Source of the DNA: an uncultured Victivallales bacterium
GTDB taxonomy: Bacteria; Verrucomicrobiota; Kiritimatiellia; UBA8416
Assembly (NCBI GenBank): GCA_964387425.1
Contig: CAYLXP010000001.1
Span: forward strand, 19,452-83,451
Direction: 5' to 3'
DNA length: 64,000 nt
Under the pieces are notes generated by a model. That model was given only the letters and a program-made list of their open reading frames with translations. It did not search any database and had not been told where the DNA came from. Positions 1 through 8,108 of the stretch are shown in pieces; within the stretch, counting starts at the first letter, position 1, and each line of letters begins with the position of its first letter. Both the position numbers and the translations under genes were made by a program.

Positions 1-263
1 GGTGTTTACGGGAGGTTCCGCCTTGCGCTTCCGCTGTCGGTCACTCAAGGCAAGATACAACCTCGACAACGCACCGGCAGCAGAGGGCAACGCGTAGTAG
101 CCCCTGGCTCGCGCGGGAAAGGAGTTTCCCTGCGCTTATCTATGTGCCATTCCGGTTTGCCTCCGGACGAATATGATCCGGCGTGTTCTGATCTCACAGA
201 ATGGCAAGCTCCCATCACCCCGTCGAAATGTGGAATATGTGATCCTCAGCACATTATAGAAAC

Positions 264-788
264 TTGACTAGAGTGATTGACTTACTAGTCTATGTGAGTG
301 GGGTTCATGGGCGGGACTGTTCGTTTGCTGCGAACACGCTTCCGCCTCTTGACATTGTTGGCAGCAGGTTGTGTATGCGCTCTGTACATATCAAAGGGAT
401 TGGGTTGGGGCTGGTTCTGGCAGCCATCCTGATCCACTCCAACGCGCACCTCTTCCTGTTTCAAGTGGCTGCCTGGTCCAGGATGCTGACGATCTATGTT
501 CAGGAAGACGGCTGGGTCACCGGGACCCGTGCAACCTTCGACGGTTCTCGTCCCTGCAAGTACTGCGAAATAGTTCAAAAGGCCGCCGCCCGCCAGGCCC
601 CCGCCAAAGAGCTGGTCGCGCCAACCGTCGGCCTGCCGGAACTGATCCTGGCAGACTCAGGGTGGGTACCTGCCCTACCGGGGGGCCATCGCGGCCGTGA
701 CCTGCCGCTGTTTATGCTCCACCCTCAGTATCACCCTGAGCCGCCATCTCCCCCTCCTCGCGCAATGCCCTCCCAGCCGACTGCCTGA
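264..788 (+). CDS. hypothetical membrane-anchored protein (one TM helix, C-x2-C motif, Pro-rich tail); start uncertain
   Basis: ORF track 174 aa beginning at TTG 264. The first in-frame ATG is at 375 (MRSVHIKGIGLGLVLAAILIH = hydrophobic helix). Motif FDGSRPCKYCEIV and a PEPPSPPP tail are present. No family recognised. Lies directly upstream of the TonB-dependent receptor. Confidence 0.35.
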   Translation: MTRVIDLLVYVSGVHGRDCSFAANTLPPLDIVGSRLCMRSVHIKGIGLGLVLAAILIHSNAHLFLFQVAAWSRMLTIYVQEDGWVTGTRATFDGSRPCKYCEIVQKAAARQAPAKELVAPTVGLPELILADSGWVPALPGGHRGRDLPLFMLHPQYHPEPPSPPPRAMPSQPTA

Positions 789-927
789 GGCAGCCGGACA
801 CAAACTGCTACCCTATGTTTGTCCGAAAGGGAATCTGCGCAGGTCTACCTACAGACCTGCGGGATGTTGGACATTATTCGTTATCGATGAATGGTAACCA
901 CGCGTTGCCGAAAGCGAGTTACACATT

Positions 928-3054
928 ATGAAACACTATACAGTATACCTGTCGGCCGTGGGCCTTCTAGTGCTCCCGCCGGCAGAATCCGTTATTGCCC
1001 GGCAGGCGGACGCCGTGACAGAAACAAACCGAGTCATCCAGCTTGATGACATGATGGTTCATGGGGAAGGGTCCGGACAGCTTGGGCGGATTCCATTTGA
1101 CCTGAGTCGAGCCGTGCCCCGGGAAAACGCAGATCCGGCGCGGGCCCTGACGCAGGTTCCGGGGGTTGCCGTTGTGACCCGCGGCGCGGGACCCGCGGAA
1201 CCCGTCCTGCGCGGCATGGGCTGGGAGCGGGTCACCACTCAACTCGGCTGCCTTGCGTTGCACGGGGCCTGCCCCTCCCGCATGGACCCGCCTCTGACCT
1301 ATACCACGCCGCTTGCCCATGCGATTGATGTTCATTTGGGGCTACCTTCGGTCACGCTCGGTTCCGGCGGTACCGGCGGACGCCTGCATGTCAACCCGGA
1401 CTACGACCGGGGTCCGCAGGCCGGCAACACGCTGGGCGCCAAGTTGGGCAGCACCTACGACAGCAGCCGGGATGGCGTCTATTCCGAGGCCGCTGTTGCG
1501 GGAGGCACGGACCGGCTCGACGCACGCGCCACTGGCGAGTTCTCCGAAAGTGGCGATTACGAATCTGCCTCCGGGGCCACGGTGCCGGCCGGCGGCCGCA
1601 CCCACGGCGGTAGCCTGACCCTGGGGTTCCGCCCCATGGAGCACCAGCGCGCCTGGGGCAGTTTCGCTTATAAGAACGAAGCGGACATCGACTTCCCCGC
1701 CCTGCCCATGGACATCCGTGAATCCGAGTCCTACCTTGCGAATGGCGGGTACCGCCTGCGTGTTCCCGGGGAGTCCCTCGAACGTCTGGAGGTTCAGGCC
1801 GGATACGCGAAGATCGATCACGTGATGGACAACGCTGACAAGCCGAACCGGACAATGATGGAAGCCGCCGCGGTCACTGAAGCAGAGAGTGCATCCGTCA
1901 GTCTTGCTTCCGACTGGCGCACCGGCGTTGAAGGTCGACTTACGCTGGGGATCGATGTCCAGCACACCAGTCGTGACGCGTTGCGAACCCGGTTTATGAG
2001 GATGAAAGCAATGACCGCGGAAGATCCCATCTGGCCCGATGCGCGGCAGAATACGGTCGGACTGTTCGGCGAATACCACACCCCGATGACCGAGGCCTGG
2101 TCCCTGCGTGCCGGGGTGCGTGCAGATCGGGTATCCAGCGACATCGGCAAGGCCGACAGCCGGATCAGCCCTGCCATGGGGGTGTCCGCCAGAACGGTGC
2201 GAGAAGGGTATGCCTATTACTATGGCGATGGCGCGGCTGATGTCGGTCAGTCCGAAGTCCTTGGGGCCGCAAACATCCAGGCCCGATGGCAGTATACAGA
2301 GAACACCGTGGTGCTGGTCGGCGCCGGCCTTTCCACGCGGCCCGCGGGTCTGACCGAACGCTACTTTGCATTCGCCCCGGCCCCGGGCGGCTATTTGGTC
2401 GGCAACCCGGACCTTGATGCAGAGAAGAAGGGGGAGCTTGTCGCCGAACTGCTGAACCGGAACGAATGGATGGCCTTGCGGCTGGCCCTCTTCAGCTCCC
2501 GGGTCAACGACTATATCCTCAACACCCGTATCGACCAGCAGGACGTGAACATGGATGGCAACCCCGACAACATCAAGGGCTTCCAAAATGTCGATGCCCT
2601 ATTCGTTGGAGGCGAATGTTCCCTGGTATTGTTCCCGCTCCACGGTTTCAGTATTCCCATGGAACTGGCCTACGTACGCGGTGAAAACCTGAGCATGAAC
2701 AGGAACCTGCCGGAGATTCCGCCCTTGTCCGGTTCAGCGGCAATCCGCTACGACGCACTCAGCAAGCGACCTTGGTGGCTACAGGCCGGGCTGGAGTTTG
2801 CCGCCGATCAGAACAGCATCGACACCCTCTTCCCGGAGGACACCACCTCGTCCTGGGACGTTTATCATCTAAGGGGCGGCATCAACCTGAACGATACGCT
2901 TGCCTTGGAAGCCGGCATCGAAAACCTGTTCGACGAGGAATACAGCAAGCACCTCACCCGCGAGGCCATGCTGGCTACCGGAGACTTGACTGCCGGTGCC
3001 GAAATCCCAGAACCGAGTCGCTACGGCTACGTATCCCTGAAGGTCAGCCTCTAG
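928..3054 (+). CDS. TonB-dependent outer-membrane receptor
   Basis: 708 aa with an N-terminal signal peptide. TonB-box-like IQLDDMMV and a plug-domain signature (PGVAVVTRGAGPAEPVLRGMGWERV) are followed by a long beta-barrel with alternating-residue strands. Substrate is not inferable. Confidence 0.85.
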   Translation: MKHYTVYLSAVGLLVLPPAESVIARQADAVTETNRVIQLDDMMVHGEGSGQLGRIPFDLSRAVPRENADPARALTQVPGVAVVTRGAGPAEPVLRGMGWERVTTQLGCLALHGACPSRMDPPLTYTTPLAHAIDVHLGLPSVTLGSGGTGGRLHVNPDYDRGPQAGNTLGAKLGSTYDSSRDGVYSEAAVAGGTDRLDARATGEFSESGDYESASGATVPAGGRTHGGSLTLGFRPMEHQRAWGSFAYKNEADIDFPALPMDIRESESYLANGGYRLRVPGESLERLEVQAGYAKIDHVMDNADKPNRTMMEAAAVTEAESASVSLASDWRTGVEGRLTLGIDVQHTSRDALRTRFMRMKAMTAEDPIWPDARQNTVGLFGEYHTPMTEAWSLRAGVRADRVSSDIGKADSRISPAMGVSARTVREGYAYYYGDGAADVGQSEVLGAANIQARWQYTENTVVLVGAGLSTRPAGLTERYFAFAPAPGGYLVGNPDLDAEKKGELVAELLNRNEWMALRLALFSSRVNDYILNTRIDQQDVNMDGNPDNIKGFQNVDALFVGGECSLVLFPLHGFSIPMELAYVRGENLSMNRNLPEIPPLSGSAAIRYDALSKRPWWLQAGLEFAADQNSIDTLFPEDTTSSWDVYHLRGGINLNDTLALEAGIENLFDEEYSKHLTREAMLATGDLTAGAEIPEPSRYGYVSLKVSL

Positions 3055-3252
3055 CCACTGCAATGCCGAACACACTGCCTGTGTGGTACGCGTTCAGACC
3101 GCCGTCGCCCATCTGTGCCAACCAAAGGTGCAGATGCAGGCGACTGCGGCGAACTGGCCCAGCCAGCCGACCCTACAAAGATCTGCACGCGAAGACGAAA
3201 GGGACTTCTGTGCTGCAGACAGGCCCAGCGCCCACGATCGGGACGGTTGGTG

Positions 3253-4719
3253 TTATGCGGTGGTTGGCTGATGGGACAGCTGGCGCTTCTTTATGATCGC
3301 GACGGTGGCAATCAGGAGGAGCAGGCAGGCGGTGATTAAGGCGATGGCAATGACGTTTGGTTTTACCTTTCCGACCTGGAAGCGAAAGGTCTCTTTAACG
3401 GCCTGGCCCCCCTCCCCCAGGGATATTTCGGCGTAGTAGATACCGTCTTCTTCGTAGACCCAACCGACTTTGTGAATGTGACGCGGATTGGCCGTGGCCT
3501 CGAAGGGATGATTGCCTTCGCTCAGATCTTCACCATGCTGGTAGACACGGAAGGTCACGGCGCCATCATAGGGTACGTCGGTGGCGGTGTGTTTAACATA
3601 GAGGGCGAGATCGAGCGCTTTCTGCGCCGGAATCGGCCAGAAGGTGAACTGCAGTGTCCATGGTCCCGAATCGCGGAACTCCTCGAAGAGCGGCGCCTGC
3701 GGATAGTTCTCCTGGTAGCTGTAATGCGGGATGCCACGGATATGGTGGGCATGGGCTGCCGCCACGGTCATTAGCAAGGCAAGCACCACACCAGGCATGG
3801 ACCCGGATCTATGGTTTCGTTTGGACATGTTCAGGGTGAAGTCTATCGCATTATCGTCGCACACCTCAATACACCTCCCACAGTTATCGCACTCACCGCC
3901 AAGCGGCTTATGTGATGGATCCAGGTTATAGGGACAGGCCAAGTCACAGGCTCCGCAAGCCGTGCAAGCGTCGGGATCACGTTGCACGCGCAGTCTTCTG
4001 AACCGACCGAGCCAGGCCAATAGCGCCCCACCGGGGCAGAGGCATCTGCACCACAGGCGTTCGCACAGAATCAACTCACACAGAAGCAGTATACCGACAA
4101 AAGCCAACTCCAGCTTCATGAACTCTCCGGTCCATAGGTCGATCATCGCGTCAGAGATTATGCGTGGCGGATAGAATCCATAGAAGAATGGCACGGAGAA
4201 GAGCAGACAGGCAAGACAACCCAGCACGAGCAGAACATACTTCGGCAGGGCAGAGACGGGGATATCGATGAAGTGTACGCCGACATGCGCAAGCTTGCGT
4301 CGCCCCCCTCTCACAATCTCACCCAGTATTCCCATCGGACAGATCCAGCTACAGAATATGCGGCCACCGAATAGTATGCCGAGCGCCGGGAGCAATATCG
4401 ACAGCATCAGGGCGACAGAGAACCTGCGGGATGTCAGGATGCCGCTGGCCATCGCCAGGGGATCGCTGATACGCACCGGTCCCGCCTTGAATGACCACAG
4501 CCCGCCGGAGACGGTGATGGGTCTCCGATCCAAATGAGGCGACTCGCCGAGCGCGGTATCGATCAGGTGAAGCCCCGGATGCTTCTCGATCTCAAACTGT
4601 CCACCGTACTGCGATTTGTAGCGACGGTGCAGGTTGAACCCTGCGATCAGAAAGAGGGCAAGCAGGACCGCGATGCGGAGCAGGTGTCGCCATGGCGCAA
4701 TGTGTCGCCGGGATTTCAT
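3253..4719 (-). CDS. NapH/MauN/CcoG-family membrane polyferredoxin with extra C-terminal TM-flanked periplasmic domain
   Basis: 488 aa with multiple TM helices and the conserved CSWICPMG and CRCLCPGG motifs. Two ferredoxin motifs are present (CTACGACDLACP and CDNCGRCIEVC). The C-terminal ~180 aa start with the His-rich AAHAHHIRGIPHY and end in a TM helix. The start overlaps the upstream gene by 4 nt (ATGA). Confidence 0.75.
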   Translation of the reverse strand: MKSRRHIAPWRHLLRIAVLLALFLIAGFNLHRRYKSQYGGQFEIEKHPGLHLIDTALGESPHLDRRPITVSGGLWSFKAGPVRISDPLAMASGILTSRRFSVALMLSILLPALGILFGGRIFCSWICPMGILGEIVRGGRRKLAHVGVHFIDIPVSALPKYVLLVLGCLACLLFSVPFFYGFYPPRIISDAMIDLWTGEFMKLELAFVGILLLCELILCERLWCRCLCPGGALLAWLGRFRRLRVQRDPDACTACGACDLACPYNLDPSHKPLGGECDNCGRCIEVCDDNAIDFTLNMSKRNHRSGSMPGVVLALLMTVAAAHAHHIRGIPHYSYQENYPQAPLFEEFRDSGPWTLQFTFWPIPAQKALDLALYVKHTATDVPYDGAVTFRVYQHGEDLSEGNHPFEATANPRHIHKVGWVYEEDGIYYAEISLGEGGQAVKETFRFQVGKVKPNVIAIALITACLLLLIATVAIIKKRQLSHQPTTA

Positions 4720-5321
4720 GATAGCGCTGACTTTGGTTTCACGCGGATGGCCTGTGGATAGACGATGCAGGCCTTCTCACACAATCCGCACCCCACACAG
4801 GTGTCGGGGTCAACAACCGGGCGCTCCCACGTTAGCGCCTTAAGCGCTTTGCCCTTGAAGGGGCAAGCCTGTACGCAGGCCCCGCAGGCAAACCCGTTAT
4901 AGGAATTGCAGATGTTCTTATCGACGATGGCGAGGCCCATTTTGACGTTTGCCTGGATGTCGTCGCCACTATCGGACGGCACGGCCTTCAACGCACCCGT
5001 AGGGCAGGCTTGCGTACAGCGCATACAGAGAATGCAGGCCTTTTCGCGCAAGCGGAGGTAAGGGGCGCCGATGCCGTTCGTCGTGCGGTCGAATTTGATG
5101 CAGCCGTTCGGGCAGACATCGCCGCACTGCCCGCACCCGATGCAGCGCGAGAGGAATTCGTCCTCCGGCAGCGCCGCCGGGGGACGAATGACTGCATCCC
5201 GCCATTTGCGGGCGCGGGCCAAGACATTCCTGCGACTGCGGACCAACCATGCGGTAATGGCCGCGGCCGCGGCCGCCGAGAGTAGGCCCTCGAGAAGGCG
5301 TCGCCGGGTTATCCGATTCAT
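4716..5321 (-). CDS. napG: NapG-like periplasmic 4Fe-4S ferredoxin (Tat signal)
   Basis: 201 aa with a twin-arginine leader (MNRITRRRLLEGLLSAAAAAA). Four Cys clusters of the CxxCxxCxxxCP type are present (CIGCGQCGDVCP, CILCMRCTQACP, CGACVQACP, CVGCGLCEKAC). Lies 20 nt downstream of the NapA-like gene. Confidence 0.75.
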   Translation of the reverse strand: MNRITRRRLLEGLLSAAAAAAITAWLVRSRRNVLARARKWRDAVIRPPAALPEDEFLSRCIGCGQCGDVCPNGCIKFDRTTNGIGAPYLRLREKACILCMRCTQACPTGALKAVPSDSGDDIQANVKMGLAIVDKNICNSYNGFACGACVQACPFKGKALKALTWERPVVDPDTCVGCGLCEKACIVYPQAIRVKPKSALS

Positions 5322-5341
5322 GCTGTCAGCTTACCGTATCC

Positions 5342-8062
5342 TCAAATGCGTTCAATCCTCGCGGCAAGCTTCTTGAAATCAACCTGGCCGGAGACGGGAT
5401 CGTAAGCCCGGTGGCTCGTGGCATTCACAAGCCACTTGTTCTTCTTGGGGTCGGCGGAGTCCGCCACCGAGAGGTTCCAGGGGCTGAAGATATAGCCACG
5501 GGGGACCTCGTTTCGCGCGGGGCGCACCTTGGAGTTGATGCCACCCACGGAGACCCTGCCTTCATAGCTGCCGCGCCGAGTCACGATGCGAACCATGTCG
5601 CCATCCGCAACGCCCAGTTCTGCAGCATCCTCGGCATGGATCTCGACGAACTGCTCCGGGACAAGACGACGCGTGGTCGCTCCCCGAATCGTCTTGGACG
5701 CATGGAAGTGTTCGTAGACGATGCCGAGACCGAGCCAGAAGGGGTACTTGTCTTCCGGAACCGCATCCCACTTGCGGCCGAGGAAATCCTCGTCCGGCCA
5801 TTCCGGGGTGAGCGCCATGTCGCGCGCCTTGATCAGGACATCCTTGTGGTCGGAAGCGAAGTAGTTGGGATCGGTTCCCATCTTCTGCATGTCCGCGATG
5901 ACTTCATCCTTCTCGGTGTAGTCCTGGCGGCAGCACTTCATGTGCAGTTTGCCGTCCGGCTTGCGGAAGTTCCCGTAAGGCTTTTCGCCCCACTGCTCCT
6001 GGTCCATGTAGCGACGAGGGGTACCGCCATTCTTGGCATGGGTATAGGTGGGCGCCGGCCATTGGATCCCGCGGTGGCGGCGGATCTGCTCGTAGAGACC
6101 AATACCATCGCGCTCACGTACCTCAAGCAGACCGGTCATATCACAGTCCATACCTTTGCTGGCACGCACGATCTCTTCATAGACCTCTTCAGAGTCGTAG
6201 AGCTCGGGACCATCGGGGTGGAATTTCTTCTTCTTGTAGGGCCACATCTTCTTGACCTCTTCATCAGACATGCCCATGGCCTTGGCGATGGTCTTGCCCT
6301 TGTCGATGGCCAGGTCCAGGTCGGGGAGACACTTTTCAAAGCCGGGCGCGCCCTTGCCGACACCGTCGACAATGTTGAATCGACGCTCGGATGAGATGTA
6401 CGTTCCGCCCTGCCACTCGCCCCACGTCAGGGCCGGGAAGATGACATCGCCGTAGAGCAGGTTGGGGGCGTGCCGATAGATATCCTGCACCACCACAAAC
6501 ATCTTCTCGAGCGCGGGCCGGATGAGCGTGTTCAGGTCGGGCTGGTGGATGTGTGTTGTGTAGCAGTAGAACATGGCCTTCATGGGATCGAGCCCGTTGC
6601 GGTCCAGGGTCTCCTGGTCCATCAGGGCCCGTTCAAACTGCCCGACCATCATGCCGGGGTTCTTGCGTCCGGCAACGTCGATCAGGCGCTGCTCGGGGCA
6701 GTTCCAGGCCTTCGCGATCTGTGCGATCCCCTTCATATTGAGCTCCCCGCCGCCTGCGAGTCCCTGGTTGAACGGAAGACGCCCGGTGAGGCCACCGGTC
6801 AGTCGTTCGCCCATGGCATTGGGCTGGCCGGTCATGGAGAAGGGCCCACAGCCGGGACGACCGAGATCGCCTGTCAGGGCATGCAGATTGATGATCGAGA
6901 TCACGTTATGCTGCCCATGGATGTGCTGGTTGTAGCCGATGCCCCACATCGTGATGACGCCACCGGTTCCGCGGCGCTTGCCCTTACGGCTGGCATCGGC
7001 CCACTCGGAGGCGACTTTGCGAATTAGGGCTGGCTCGACCTGCGTGCGATCCGCGACCTGCTCGGGGGAATACTCTTCCTTGACCATTTTGATGTAGTCC
7101 TGCCAGCCGTTCACATTGGCTTTGAGGAAATCGTAGTCGATCACGTCCTCATGCTCGGTAACCAGGCAGTGCCCAATGGCGTTGAGACAGGAGATATCCC
7201 CATTAATGGTGGGGAAGTGATAGGAGTTCTCCGGATTGATGGACTCCAGGGCCTGTACGGAGCCCGTTCGCCGTGGGTCCGAAATGAGAGTTGGAATGCC
7301 ATTCTTGAGCTTGTGGTCTGCAGCACGCCAGAACACGATCGTGTGTGCGGCGCGCGGATTATGGCCCCAGAAGCTAATCATGTCTGCCTTCTCAATGTCA
7401 TCGTAGCAGAGCGGCGGGGTATCTGACCCGAAGGTGGCAAAATAGGCCGTCACCGCCGAGGTCATGCAGGTACGGGCGTTCGCTTCAATGGAGTTGGAGC
7501 CCAGGAGACCTTTGAGCATCTTGTTTTCGATCCACTGGGTCTCCACGGTAAGCTGCCCGGAACCGTACAAGCCGATGGAGTTTCCGCCCCATTTCTTGTG
7601 GATGGCTGCGATCTTCTCGGCGACAATGTGTTCGGCCTCTTCGTAGGTAACTTCCTCAAAGTCACTCTCCTTGAAGCTTCCCTTGGTCTTGGAAACGTGC
7701 CCGGAGATGGGGTCACTCATATCCTTACGGATGAGCACCTTTGTGAGACGGTCAATGTAGACGGGCTCGTCGGCATTCAAACCCTTGATGCACTGGATGC
7801 CCTTGTTGGTCGGATGCTGCTTATCCGGTACGACCCCAAGGATGCGACCAGAGTCGGCTTCGTACTTGATGACGGACCCACAGCCAACGCCGCAGTAAGG
7901 GCATTGCGCAAGACAGGTCTTGATGCGGGAACCGCTCCTGCCGGCCTCCGCCTTCAACGTTTCCGGCGCGAAGACCATACCGCCTAACCCGAGAGCGGCG
8001 GACCCTGCAACGGAGCCTTCCAGGAAGGCGCGACGCGACATATTGAAGCCTTTTGATTTCAT
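5342..8062 (-). CDS. napA: periplasmic molybdopterin (bis-MGD) oxidoreductase, NapA/Nas-type nitrate-reductase-like catalytic subunit
   Basis: 906 aa with a Tat leader (SRRAFLEGSVAGSAALGLGG). The N-terminal 4Fe-4S motif is CPYCGVGCG ... CIKG. A Mo-ligand Cys sits in the NapA/Nas-like context ANARTCMTSAV, and a GIQWP motif is present. An AGGAGAG Shine-Dalgarno lies upstream of ATG 8062. Confidence 0.8.
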   Translation of the reverse strand: MKSKGFNMSRRAFLEGSVAGSAALGLGGMVFAPETLKAEAGRSGSRIKTCLAQCPYCGVGCGSVIKYEADSGRILGVVPDKQHPTNKGIQCIKGLNADEPVYIDRLTKVLIRKDMSDPISGHVSKTKGSFKESDFEEVTYEEAEHIVAEKIAAIHKKWGGNSIGLYGSGQLTVETQWIENKMLKGLLGSNSIEANARTCMTSAVTAYFATFGSDTPPLCYDDIEKADMISFWGHNPRAAHTIVFWRAADHKLKNGIPTLISDPRRTGSVQALESINPENSYHFPTINGDISCLNAIGHCLVTEHEDVIDYDFLKANVNGWQDYIKMVKEEYSPEQVADRTQVEPALIRKVASEWADASRKGKRRGTGGVITMWGIGYNQHIHGQHNVISIINLHALTGDLGRPGCGPFSMTGQPNAMGERLTGGLTGRLPFNQGLAGGGELNMKGIAQIAKAWNCPEQRLIDVAGRKNPGMMVGQFERALMDQETLDRNGLDPMKAMFYCYTTHIHQPDLNTLIRPALEKMFVVVQDIYRHAPNLLYGDVIFPALTWGEWQGGTYISSERRFNIVDGVGKGAPGFEKCLPDLDLAIDKGKTIAKAMGMSDEEVKKMWPYKKKKFHPDGPELYDSEEVYEEIVRASKGMDCDMTGLLEVRERDGIGLYEQIRRHRGIQWPAPTYTHAKNGGTPRRYMDQEQWGEKPYGNFRKPDGKLHMKCCRQDYTEKDEVIADMQKMGTDPNYFASDHKDVLIKARDMALTPEWPDEDFLGRKWDAVPEDKYPFWLGLGIVYEHFHASKTIRGATTRRLVPEQFVEIHAEDAAELGVADGDMVRIVTRRGSYEGRVSVGGINSKVRPARNEVPRGYIFSPWNLSVADSADPKKNKWLVNATSHRAYDPVSGQVDFKKLAARIERI

Positions 8063-8108
8063 TGTATCTCTCCTATGTGAATTGGGATTCTGTTTTGCAA
8101 TTCTGTCA

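Noticed and set aside
1-267. Frame +1 is open from the window edge to a TGA at 265-267. It translates to ...CHSGLPPDEYDPACSDLTEWQAPITPSKCGICDPQHIIETT and could be the 3' end of a gene.
   Set aside because: Third-codon-position GC does not look elevated as it does in the confident genes. The peptide matches nothing I recognise, and the region contains hairpins (GGGAAAggagTTTCCC). It cannot be supported from sequence alone.
1-927. Looked for a cobalamin or other riboswitch, and for a Fur box, upstream of the TonB-dependent receptor (for example ATTATTCGTTATCGATGAAT at 873-892).
   Set aside because: No B12-box-like core was seen. The Fur-like stretch matches the GATAATGATAATCATTATC consensus only weakly. 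Neither is good enough to call.
1342-2586. Long antisense ORFs opposite well-supported genes: 1342..2586, 5411..6394, 13393..14271, 19330..20358, 22297..23076, 30906..31925, 44244..45356, 53230..54258, 54417..55361, 56115..56891, 62854..63831.
   Set aside because: Each lies fully inside, and antisense to, a gene with clear family signatures. Their translations are Arg/Gly/Ala/Pro-rich with no recognisable motifs. These are typical shadow ORFs of high-GC DNA.
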